The notes beneath the pieces were generated by a model. The model saw nothing but the letters and a program-made list of their open reading frames with translations. It ran no database searches and was not told the DNA's origin. From Candidatus Pacearchaeota archaeon (GTDB taxonomy: Archaea > Nanobdellota > Nanobdellia > Pacearchaeales > GW2011-AR1), in assembly GCA_041659945.1 (NCBI GenBank), contig JBAZXH010000002.1, forward strand, positions 127,415 through 191,414: 64,000 bases of DNA, written 5' to 3'. A program made the position numbers and the translations under genes. This document shows positions 9,855-18,855 of this stretch, piece by piece; the first letter of the stretch is position 1, and every line of letters begins with the position of its first letter.

Positions 9855-10772
9855 ATGGTAACAATTAAAAAAGAGAAGATAGCATTGTTTGCATTGGTAT
9901 TTGTAATTGCTTTAATTCCTTTTGTAGTTGCTGATGTTACATGGTCAGAAGCAAATACCATGTTTCAAACTGGAAGTAATGTTATGTGTAAATTAGAACC
10001 TACAAGTTCTTTTTGGGTTTCATACGCAGTTCCTTCTATATCTGCCATGGACAGTTGTTATAATCCTCATGGCATTGGTGAAGATGGATTAAATAAAACA
10101 ACTTGTTGCCCGACTGGGTGGGATTGTAATTTAGATACAAAGCTGTGTGTTAAAGTTAATGATGAACAAGGAAATTTAACCTGTGGTAGTTATAAAACTG
10201 AAGACGCTTGTAGAATGCATAGTGGAGGAGCAAATTTACCTGAAAATATTAAAAAATATATAGAAGAAAGAAATGCTGATTATATAAGAAGACTTATTCA
10301 AAGTGTTGATTCTAGTTTTGGAAATAATGTAGCAAGATTTTGCCATGAAGACTTTCAAAAGCACTGGGAAAAGAATGGAAAGGGAATAACCTTTAAAGAA
10401 TGTGGATGTGTTTGGAATAGTACTGATTGTTTAGAGACTTTTAAGTATATTAATGAAACTTCTGGAACACCAACCACAACTGTAGTGACTTTTGAATGTC
10501 AGACAAATTCAAAAGAACTTCAAAATAATTGTGATGCTGCAGATGAGACTGATAGAATGATGACTTTGGAATGGACTGCTAAACTAGTTGATAGTAAGGG
10601 AGTAATACATGCTCCAACAGATGCTTGTAAAGATGGAATCAAAGAATTCCCTTGTCCACCAAAAATAGATAATCCTAAAAGTTTACTTCCTTTTTTTGGA
10701 ACTCTTGGATTTATATTAGCTAGTTCAATAATTATCGGAGTTTATGTCTTCTTAAGAAAAAGAAAGGATTAA
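9855..10772 (+). CDS. Cys-rich surface protein with conserved C-terminal module, LLPFF motif, TM anchor and basic tail
   Basis: Signal peptide ALIPFVVADVTW. The C-terminus is ...KSLLPFFGTLGFILASSIIIGVYVFLRKRKD. The C-terminal half aligns with the 537- and 872-aa proteins. Confidence 0.75.
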   Translation: MVTIKKEKIALFALVFVIALIPFVVADVTWSEANTMFQTGSNVMCKLEPTSSFWVSYAVPSISAMDSCYNPHGIGEDGLNKTTCCPTGWDCNLDTKLCVKVNDEQGNLTCGSYKTEDACRMHSGGANLPENIKKYIEERNADYIRRLIQSVDSSFGNNVARFCHEDFQKHWEKNGKGITFKECGCVWNSTDCLETFKYINETSGTPTTTVVTFECQTNSKELQNNCDAADETDRMMTLEWTAKLVDSKGVIHAPTDACKDGIKEFPCPPKIDNPKSLLPFFGTLGFILASSIIIGVYVFLRKRKD

Positions 10773-10789
10773 ATTGGGGTTTATGATTT

Positions 10790-12901
10790 ATGAAAAGGAA
10801 TAAAAAAACAAACTTTAAAAAAACTTTTCTATTTTCTGGAATTGTTATTATTGCTGTTTTAGTTCTTGCATCAATCTTAATTATTGATTTAACAATAAAC
10901 AAAAATAATGTAAGCATTTCTGGTAATGTTATTCAAAGTGGCACATGTGTTGCAAAAACATACTATGTAAATGCAACAACTGGAAATGATGCTAACACTG
11001 GAGAGTCTCCAGGGAAACCTTGGAAAACTTTATCTAAGCTAAGTTCAATGGATTTTTGTTCGGGAGATATAATCCTTCTTGAAAGAGGAAAAACATGGAA
11101 TGAAATTTTATTTCCTAAATATTATATCGCAGGTGCTGCACAAAGTCAAATAACTTTTGGAGCTTATGGTGCTGGTGAAAGGCCAATTGTTAGGGGTATT
11201 GTTCTTGGGGGTGTTAGTTATGTTATTGTTAAAGATATAACATGTGACTTTGGAGGAGATGGAAATTTAGAGGGAAGATGTGTTAATTTGATTTCAACAA
11301 ATAATGTAATTTTGGATAACTTAGTTGTGAAGAATTCTGTATCTGCTGGAATCTTTGTGGGTTCGGAAATTCAGGGAATGTGCCAGAATAATGTAGTTAA
11401 AAATTGTGAGGTTTATAATAGCACGGGTAATAATCCTGAAAATTTAGGTAAAGGTATTTATTTTTGGGGTAATAAAATTTGCAAGGGAAATTCAATATTA
11501 AATAATAAAATTCATAATAATGATGGAGGTGGAATTATAGTTTCAGAATCATCATTTACAAATATAACTAGCAATGAAGTGTATTTGAATGGTGCAGTAG
11601 GAATTGGTCTTGGACCTGCTTCTGTTCTGGCTGGTGGAGAAGAGGCCACATCAGATAATATTATTGAAAAAAATTTAGTGTATAGCAATGGGCAAAAATT
11701 AGATGATATTTTTGGAATTGATTTATATCGTGTTGGAAATAGAAACACTGTGAGATATAATACTGTTCATGATCAACATAATACTGCAACTGATTCAAAG
11801 ATTCTTGCAAGATATGGTGGAAGCTATAAATATGGTACTGGAGGAATAAGGCTTGATGGTAATGTTAATGAGTCCTATGCTGCTAGTGGCAATAAGGTTC
11901 ATCATAATATTATTTACAATGAGTATTCTGGGATTGATGTTATTAGTTTTAATAATACTGAAATTTATAATAATGTTATTTATAATACTACAAATAGGGC
12001 TTTTGCAATAGAATCTTTGAAAAAAGTTTCTAATACTAAGTTTAAGAATAACATAATGCAAAATCCTTCGGCTGGAATTTCTGTGCTGATGGCAAATTCT
12101 TTGTCTAATCAAATTGATTATAATATCTACTATCCATCAAAACCAAACATAAGCGGACAAGATTCTCATTCAAATGTTGTTGATGCAAAATTTGTGAGTG
12201 TTTTAATTAAAGACTTTCATTTGCAATCAAATTCTCCTGCAATAAACACGGGAGTTGACATTGGAATAATAAAAGATTTTGATGGCAATCCAATACCCTA
12301 TGGAAATACTATCCCTGATATTGGAGCTTTTGAATACCAAGGATCTTTAAGCCCTCCTAAAGGAAACTGTACAGATCTTGATAAAGATGGATATAATGTT
12401 TCTCAATCCGGCTGTGGAAGTTTGTTTGATTGCAATGATGCAAATATAAACGTAAACCCAAAAAAAGTTGAAATTTGTAATGGGATTGATGATAACTGCA
12501 ATAGTTTAATTGATGAAAATTTAGGAAACACAACTTGTGGAAGCGGAGATTGTCAAACAAATGTGCAAAATTGTGTGAATGGAAAAGTGCAGACATGTGT
12601 TGCTAAAACAATAACAACTTGGTATTATGATAGTGATAATGATGGTTATGGAATAAGCTCAAACACTAAATCACAATGTTCTCAACCTAGTGGCTATGCT
12701 TCACAAAGCGGAGATTGTAATGATGCCAATGTAGCTATAAAACCGGGAGCAACAGAAATTAAGTGCAATGGAATTGATGAAAATTGTAATGGCGTAGGTG
12801 ATGATACTCAATGTGCAAGTGGATATTCTTGTAGAAGCGGGCAATGTTGTAAAAAAGTGTGTACCTTCTGGATTTTTGGGTGTTCTTATAAATGTATTTA
12901 A
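10790..12901 (+). CDS. Secreted/N-anchored right-handed parallel beta-helix protein with C-terminal MopE-like Cys-rich repeats
   Basis: N-terminal TM. YYVNATTGNDANTGESPGKPWKTL resembles DUF1565. PbH1-like repeats are present (NNVVKNCEVYNS, IHNNDGGGIIV, NIIYNEYSGIDV). Two DxDxDGY...CNDAN..(V/I).P...E.CNGIDxNCN repeats follow. Confidence 0.8.
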   Translation: MKRNKKTNFKKTFLFSGIVIIAVLVLASILIIDLTINKNNVSISGNVIQSGTCVAKTYYVNATTGNDANTGESPGKPWKTLSKLSSMDFCSGDIILLERGKTWNEILFPKYYIAGAAQSQITFGAYGAGERPIVRGIVLGGVSYVIVKDITCDFGGDGNLEGRCVNLISTNNVILDNLVVKNSVSAGIFVGSEIQGMCQNNVVKNCEVYNSTGNNPENLGKGIYFWGNKICKGNSILNNKIHNNDGGGIIVSESSFTNITSNEVYLNGAVGIGLGPASVLAGGEEATSDNIIEKNLVYSNGQKLDDIFGIDLYRVGNRNTVRYNTVHDQHNTATDSKILARYGGSYKYGTGGIRLDGNVNESYAASGNKVHHNIIYNEYSGIDVISFNNTEIYNNVIYNTTNRAFAIESLKKVSNTKFKNNIMQNPSAGISVLMANSLSNQIDYNIYYPSKPNISGQDSHSNVVDAKFVSVLIKDFHLQSNSPAINTGVDIGIIKDFDGNPIPYGNTIPDIGAFEYQGSLSPPKGNCTDLDKDGYNVSQSGCGSLFDCNDANINVNPKKVEICNGIDDNCNSLIDENLGNTTCGSGDCQTNVQNCVNGKVQTCVAKTITTWYYDSDNDGYGISSNTKSQCSQPSGYASQSGDCNDANVAIKPGATEIKCNGIDENCNGVGDDTQCASGYSCRSGQCCKKVCTFWIFGCSYKCI

Positions 12902-12923
12902 ATGAGAGTTTCTTTGGTTTTTG

Positions 12924-14351
12924 ATGACCTATAAATTAGATAAAATATCTGAAAATATCTATGAAATAAAGGCTCACGGAGATATGAATGTACCTGTAAG
13001 GATCTATGCTTCTGAGAAATTATTAAATGATATGAAGAAAGATAACTGCTTTGAACAAATGGTAAATGTAGCTTGCTTGCCTGGAATTGTTAAACATTCA
13101 ATAGTCCTGCCTGATGCACATCAGGGTTATGGTTTTTCTATAGGAGGAGTTGGTGCTTTTGATGTTGATGATGGAATTATCAGTCCGGGAGGAGTTGGTT
13201 TTGATATTAACTGTAGTGTTCGCCTTTTGAGAACAAATTTAGAGAAAAAAGATGTTGAAAGTAGCGATAGGAAAAAGTTAGTGTCTAAAATGATTTTCAA
13301 GGCAATTCCCTCTGGAGTTGGAAAGGGATGCTCTGTTAAGATTAATAAGGAAGAAATAAAGGAGATAATGAAAAACGGTGCGGGTTGGGCTGTGGAAAAG
13401 GGTTATGGTTTTAAGGAGGATGTCGAGTTTACAGAGGAAAATGGTTGTATGAAAGATGCTGATCCATCAAAAGTTTCTGAAACTGCAATTTCAAGGGGCA
13501 TAAACCAATTGGGAAGTCTTGGTTCAGGAAATCATTTTTTAGAATTTCAGTATGTTGATGAAATTTTTGATGAAAAAATTGCTGGAGTTTTTGGTTTAAA
13601 GAAGGATCAAGTATGTATTATGATTCATTGTGGTTCTAGAGGTTTGGGACATCAGGTTGCTTCAGATTACATAAGACTCATGGAAGAAGAATATGGTTTT
13701 GAAAATTTAAAAGATAGGCAGTTGATTAATGCTCCGATTAAATCAAAATTAGGACAGGATTACTATAAAGCTATGTGCTCTGCAGCCAACTTTGCATTTT
13801 GTGATAAGCAGATAATAACTCATTTTATAAGAGAGACATTAAAAAAAGAATTTCCAAAAATTAAAGCGGAGGTTGTTTATGATATTTGCCATAATATTGC
13901 TAAATTTGAAGAACATGAGGTTGATGGAAAGAAAAGAATGCTTTGCGTACATAGAAAGGGAGCAACAAGAAGTTTAGGACCTGGAAGAAAGGAAATTCCT
14001 CAGAAATATAGATCTGTTGGTCAACCAATTATCCTTCCTGGAAGTATGGGAACTTCATCCTATGTGTTGGTAGGAACTAGTAAAGCTGAAGAATTATCTT
14101 TTGCGAGCACAGCTCACGGAGCAGGTAGAGTTATGTCAAGACATGAAACTCTTAGAACTATCAGTCCGGATGAGATAAGAAAAAAAATGTTAGATAAAAA
14201 TATTGAAGTTAATGCTGGGAGTTGGAAAGCTCTAGTTGAAGAATCTCCAGAGGCTTACAAGGATGTTGATGAGGTTGTTAGGGTAAGTCATGAAGTTGGT
14301 ATTGGAAATTTGGTTGCGAGACTTAAACCATTGATTGTAATTAAAGGTTAA
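12924..14351 (+). CDS. rtcB: RNA-splicing ligase RtcB (3'-phosphate/5'-hydroxy RNA ligase)
   Basis: Motifs DAHQGYGFSIGGV, GFDINCSVR, GSGNHFLE, HCGSRGLGHQV, HRKGATR, PGSMGTSSYV and HGAGR. ATG 12924 follows the TTG 12921 used in the ORF track. Confidence 0.95.
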   Translation: MTYKLDKISENIYEIKAHGDMNVPVRIYASEKLLNDMKKDNCFEQMVNVACLPGIVKHSIVLPDAHQGYGFSIGGVGAFDVDDGIISPGGVGFDINCSVRLLRTNLEKKDVESSDRKKLVSKMIFKAIPSGVGKGCSVKINKEEIKEIMKNGAGWAVEKGYGFKEDVEFTEENGCMKDADPSKVSETAISRGINQLGSLGSGNHFLEFQYVDEIFDEKIAGVFGLKKDQVCIMIHCGSRGLGHQVASDYIRLMEEEYGFENLKDRQLINAPIKSKLGQDYYKAMCSAANFAFCDKQIITHFIRETLKKEFPKIKAEVVYDICHNIAKFEEHEVDGKKRMLCVHRKGATRSLGPGRKEIPQKYRSVGQPIILPGSMGTSSYVLVGTSKAEELSFASTAHGAGRVMSRHETLRTISPDEIRKKMLDKNIEVNAGSWKALVEESPEAYKDVDEVVRVSHEVGIGNLVARLKPLIVIKG

Positions 14352-14429
14352 TATATAAATTAACTGTGAAAGATTTATAAATAATAAATATGTAGATTAG
14401 TTATAGTTTTATAATAAAATGGTGATGAA

Positions 14430-16043
14430 ATGAGAGGAAATGCTTATAGTTTTTTGGTTGGAGTGTTGTTGTTAATTCTAGTTGTTTCTTTATGTAATCT
14501 TGTACTTGTTAGGGGGGCCATAATTGGTAATTGCCCTGCTGGAGCTAAAATGATAACTGCTTGTCAAGATATAAATGAACCTGGATACTATTGTTTAAGT
14601 AATGATATTTGGCATGATGGAGGAGTTTATCATTCTACTTGTTTAAATATAAGCACTAGCAATGTAATAATTGATGGTCTTGGAAAAAGAATTTATAATA
14701 TAACTTATTATGGTTCTTCAACAAGTGCTATTGATCATTGTTTTGGCAGTTTTCCACAGGCTCCATATTACCTAAATCATTATGGCTGTGGGGGAAATAT
14801 GAAACTAAATAATATAACAATTAAAAATTTAGTTTTGGATGGTTTAAGCGTAAGAATAGTAAATAGTTTAAACAACTCAATAATAAGCAACAATGAAATA
14901 ATAAATGTAGTAAATATCGCGGCTATAGGCCTATCTTCTGGATCTAATGTTACAATTTCAGGAAATATTATTAAAAATCATAAAGATAATCTTTGTCATG
15001 CTACAATAAGTCTTAATGCAGGAGGTACAGAAGGAAAGATAATCAAAAATGAAATATATAACTCTAGACAGTTTTTTGGAAATTATGGACCACCTTGCTA
15101 TATCATTTCTATGTTCAATGGACTGAATGCATCAATAATTGGAAATAGAATAACTAATCTTGTTGGGGAGGGCGATGCTAGTTACAAACAAATAGCTGGA
15201 ATTGGCCTTGCAAAAAGCAATAACACAAATATTTCATACAATGATTTTTGCAATGGAGGTGTTACTTTTCAAGATTTTCAATGTATTAACATTAATGCCC
15301 CATTTAGCGGGGGATCATTTGGGACTTATGGAACTAATAATAACTTTAGTAAAGTTTCTTGTGGTTTACATATTAATTGTAAAGATAATGGTTGGCCAAT
15401 ATTGGGCGTAAATTATAACCCCTGTGTTAGTAAAACAAATTGCAATAACCGAGTCATTAAAAATTCATGTGAATCTTTGACCACTAAGGAGTGTGAGAAT
15501 TCAAGTTACTGGTCAAATGAGATAAAATCATTAATACAGGAGAATTCTTTAATTGGAAGGAATTTTTGCTTTGATAAATCTGTAACCTTAAAAGAAGAAC
15601 CTCATGACACTTTTATTGATTCTTGTGAAAGTTATATTGAATGTGGATGTAAGTTGGAAACAGATGATCAGGGTATAGAAAATTGTGTAGGGATGACCAG
15701 AAGAGTTTATGAACCTAATATTATGGGCTGTCCTGATAATCCTATTGAAGAGGAATCATGCCAAGTAGAAAGTAGTATTAGTGGAAATTGTGATAACTCA
15801 GATGTTTATGAATATACTGTTAATTGGGTAGGAACCTGGATTGGAAACCAAAGTTCACCTGACAAAGAAAATTGTCAGTCAGGTAGTAGAAATATTCCGT
15901 GCAATGAAAAAAGTTTATTGCCTTTTTTCGATGGAAAAAATCTTTTTTTAAGCCTAATATTAATTGCGGGAATTTATTTTACTTTTACAATTTGTTTAGT
16001 AATTAAAAATGAAGAAAAAAATAGAAGGATTTATAAATACTAA
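14430..16043 (+). CDS. Surface beta-helix (NosD/PbH1-like) protein with conserved Cys-rich C-terminal module, LLPFF motif, TM and basic tail
   Basis: Signal peptide; repeats NNITIKNLVLDG, ISNNEIINV, ISGNIIKNH, IIGNRITN. The C-terminus is ...EKSLLPFFDGKNLFLSLILIAGIYFTFTICLVIKNEEKNRRIYKY. GGTGAT SD at 14421-14426. Confidence 0.8.
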   Translation: MRGNAYSFLVGVLLLILVVSLCNLVLVRGAIIGNCPAGAKMITACQDINEPGYYCLSNDIWHDGGVYHSTCLNISTSNVIIDGLGKRIYNITYYGSSTSAIDHCFGSFPQAPYYLNHYGCGGNMKLNNITIKNLVLDGLSVRIVNSLNNSIISNNEIINVVNIAAIGLSSGSNVTISGNIIKNHKDNLCHATISLNAGGTEGKIIKNEIYNSRQFFGNYGPPCYIISMFNGLNASIIGNRITNLVGEGDASYKQIAGIGLAKSNNTNISYNDFCNGGVTFQDFQCININAPFSGGSFGTYGTNNNFSKVSCGLHINCKDNGWPILGVNYNPCVSKTNCNNRVIKNSCESLTTKECENSSYWSNEIKSLIQENSLIGRNFCFDKSVTLKEEPHDTFIDSCESYIECGCKLETDDQGIENCVGMTRRVYEPNIMGCPDNPIEEESCQVESSISGNCDNSDVYEYTVNWVGTWIGNQSSPDKENCQSGSRNIPCNEKSLLPFFDGKNLFLSLILIAGIYFTFTICLVIKNEEKNRRIYKY

Positions 16044-16082
16044 AATTTTAAGTATATTATTAAAAATTAAGATGGTGATATA

Positions 16083-18701
16083 ATGAAAGAGGGTTATAGA
16101 GTTTCTTTAGCATTAATGATAGTAGCTTCGTTAGTATTTTTATGTTTTGTTTTTGTGAGTGCTGCATGTACTCCTATAACAGCTTGTACAAAAATTAACT
16201 CACCTGGAAATTATTGTCTTGCTGGTAACATTGCTGATACTGTAACTACAGATTATGCATGTATCTATATTAATTCAAGTAATGTTATACTAAACGGCCA
16301 GAATTATGTAATTTTTCATAAATCTCTTCTCAAAAAGGGAGGGTTTAGTTATGCTGCAATGGGAATTGCTAATGGTAATGGCAATGGTTATGGAAAAGCT
16401 GAAATAAAAAATATTACTATTACTAATTTTGATTTGCAGAATTATACTTGGAATGCTATTGGATTATATAATGTAACAGATGCTCATGTGATAAATAATA
16501 AACTCTCATTAAGTCAAAGTGGTTCATCATCGGGCCAGGTTGGGATGGAATTAGTTTATTTAAAGAATTCGGAAGTTTCTGAGAATGAGTTGTTTATCTC
16601 AAGTTTAGGAAGCGGGAATGCGGATTATGGTTTGTATATTACTTATGGAAGTAATACTAATATTTCAAAAAATATCATAAAGAGTGATGTGCTACCAAGA
16701 GTAGTGGGTGGAATTATGATAGGACTTTCTTCTTCAAATATGATAGTTGATGGTAACACTTTAAGCTCTCTTGTGAAGAATAATCAATGGACTGGAATTT
16801 CAGTTGGCAGTAGTACAAATGTTATAGTAAAGAATAATATAATTCCTTGTGACAGCCCGGAGAACCAATTAGGTAAGGATTTTGTTTGTTCTACTTCATC
16901 AATTTCCGGTAGTGGGAATAGTTTTAATTCATCAAAGGTTACTGCCTGTGCTAGTGGATGGCCAGTATTGGGCACAGATTATACTGCTTGTAAACCCTCA
17001 GAATGTTTTGGGGCTATAATGATAACAACCTGTACAAAAATTAACTCGCCTGGAAATTATTGTCTTACTAAAGATATCACTGATACTAATACTACAAGCT
17101 ATGCATGTATTTACATTAATTCAAGTAATGTTGTACTAAACGGTCAGGGATATACAATCTTTCATAAAACTTTTTCTAAATGTGGTAGTTTCTGGTGTGA
17201 TACAATGGGGATTGCTAATGATAATGGCAATGGTTATGGAAAAGCTGAAATGAGAGGTATCACTATTACAAATTTTAATTTGCAGAATTATACTTGGAAT
17301 GCTATTGGATTATATAATGTAACAGATGCTCATGTAACAAAAAATGATATCACAGTAACAAGTGGTTCATCATCGGGCCAGGTTGGGATGGAATTAGTTT
17401 ATTTAAAGAATTCGGAAGTTTCTGAGAATGAATTATCTATTTTGGGGGAATTAGCTGGAAATGCTGCTTATGGTTTGTTTGTTTCTCATGGAATTAATAG
17501 CCTTCTTTTAGACAACAATATAAAAAACAGAATGTCATCAAAAGCAGTTGGTGGTATTTTTGTGGGACTTTCTTCTTCAAAGGTTGTAGTTGATGGTAAC
17601 ACTTTAAGCTCTCTTGTACAAAATAGTCAGTGGGCAGGAATTTCAGTTGGCGGTAGTACAAATATTACAGTAAAGAACAATGTAATTCCTTGTAATAGCC
17701 AAATTGGTAAGGATTTTGTTTGTTCTACTTCATCAATTTCCGGTAGTGGGAATAGTTTTAATTCATCAAAGGTTACTGCCTGTGCTAGTGGATGGCCAGT
17801 ATTGGGCACAGATTACAGTGATTGTGTTAATCAAAAATGTCCTCAGGGAACTATGAGGTGTAAAGATGGTACATGCCAAGCAACTTGTCCTGAAGATCCT
17901 GCTTGTACAGTTAATGGTATTTGTGATAGTGGAGAAAGTTGTAACTGTCCGGATTGTAATGGTTATAATGATGGATGTGTTGAACCATTAGTTTGTTCAT
18001 TACCAACTGAAACTTGCCAACCTTGTACAACTGGAACAACCTATAATCCTGAAACAAAGAAATGTGAAGATACTACTGGACCTCCTAGCGGTGGAGGTGG
18101 AGGAGGAAGTGGAGGAGTGAGAAGCTGTAGCTATTATACAAGCCAAGGTCAGGCTGTTTGTGAAAGCGAATCATCTTGGACTAGTGAAATAAAGTCTCTT
18201 GTTCAAGAAAATCTTTTGATTGGAAGATCTTGCTTTGAAGACTTTAAACCTGTAGCTGGAAAAACTGGATGTAAAACTAAAATACAGTGTGGTTGTAAAT
18301 ATAATACTTCAACAGGAATTTGTAAGGAAGCAAATTGGAAAGTTGATACTCCTGCAGGTTGCGATGGTGCAGGATTGCAGCCATTATGTGAAATGACTAC
18401 AGCAACTCAAGGAGATTGTGCAGCTGAGGGTGTTTATGAATATACTGTTAATTGGACAGGAACTTGGAATGGTGCTCTTGGTGATCCTCAGGAAGCATAC
18501 TGCCTTGGTGGAGAAAGATCAATAGCTTGTCCTGGAAAGACTGCAGTTCCATTCTTTAGCTTACAAAATTTAATAATTGTAATCTTGATTATAGTCATTA
18601 TCTACATTGTTTATTGGATGTTAAAACATTCAAAGAAAGGGAGACATAGTGGCGCTCTAAATCTTGCTAAGCCAAAGGCAAGGAAAAAGAAAAGAATTTA
18701 G
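16083..18701 (+). CDS. Surface protein with two tandem beta-helix modules, Cys-rich linker, Gly linker, conserved C-terminal module, VPFF motif, TM and basic tail
   Basis: Signal peptide; internally duplicated about 280-aa module; CDSGESCNCPDCNGY module; GPPSGGGGGGSGG linker. The C-terminus is ...GKTAVPFFSLQNLIIVILIIVIIYIVYWMLKHSKKGRH...KARKKKRI. GGTGAT SD at 16074-16079. Confidence 0.8.
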   Translation: MKEGYRVSLALMIVASLVFLCFVFVSAACTPITACTKINSPGNYCLAGNIADTVTTDYACIYINSSNVILNGQNYVIFHKSLLKKGGFSYAAMGIANGNGNGYGKAEIKNITITNFDLQNYTWNAIGLYNVTDAHVINNKLSLSQSGSSSGQVGMELVYLKNSEVSENELFISSLGSGNADYGLYITYGSNTNISKNIIKSDVLPRVVGGIMIGLSSSNMIVDGNTLSSLVKNNQWTGISVGSSTNVIVKNNIIPCDSPENQLGKDFVCSTSSISGSGNSFNSSKVTACASGWPVLGTDYTACKPSECFGAIMITTCTKINSPGNYCLTKDITDTNTTSYACIYINSSNVVLNGQGYTIFHKTFSKCGSFWCDTMGIANDNGNGYGKAEMRGITITNFNLQNYTWNAIGLYNVTDAHVTKNDITVTSGSSSGQVGMELVYLKNSEVSENELSILGELAGNAAYGLFVSHGINSLLLDNNIKNRMSSKAVGGIFVGLSSSKVVVDGNTLSSLVQNSQWAGISVGGSTNITVKNNVIPCNSQIGKDFVCSTSSISGSGNSFNSSKVTACASGWPVLGTDYSDCVNQKCPQGTMRCKDGTCQATCPEDPACTVNGICDSGESCNCPDCNGYNDGCVEPLVCSLPTETCQPCTTGTTYNPETKKCEDTTGPPSGGGGGGSGGVRSCSYYTSQGQAVCESESSWTSEIKSLVQENLLIGRSCFEDFKPVAGKTGCKTKIQCGCKYNTSTGICKEANWKVDTPAGCDGAGLQPLCEMTTATQGDCAAEGVYEYTVNWTGTWNGALGDPQEAYCLGGERSIACPGKTAVPFFSLQNLIIVILIIVIIYIVYWMLKHSKKGRHSGALNLAKPKARKKKRI
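16185..17822 (+). repeat. Intragenic tandem duplication, period about 846 nt (two copies)
   Basis: TGTACAAAAATTAACTC occurs at 16185 and 17031. Long identical runs remain, e.g. the two antisense ORFs 16784-16975 and 17627-17809 share an identical 35-aa (105-nt) stretch. Confidence 0.85.
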
Positions 18702-18855
18702 TTTTTCTGTTTGATATGCTACTTTTTTATTTATTAATTATTACTAGGAGTTATAAATATTTCAATAAATGCCGTCGGTAAAGGTTATAACTTAGAAACG
18801 AAGTATTTATAAATTTAGTAGAACTGGTATTTGTATAAGAGGTAAAAATATAATC

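Noticed and set aside
16185-17822. Near-identical repeat pair considered as a diversity-generating retroelement template/variable-region pair
   Set aside because: No reverse transcriptase ORF is in the window. Both copies are in frame within one gene, and the mismatches between copies are of all substitution types rather than adenine-specific.
18085-18120. GGTGGAGGTGGAGGAGGAAGTGGAGGAG purine-rich tandem tract
   Set aside because: It simply encodes the GGGGGGSGG linker of the 872-aa protein and is not an independent repeat element. The 9-nt tandem at 33478-33500, which encodes QHNQHNQ in the signal peptidase N-terminus, is rejected for the same reason.
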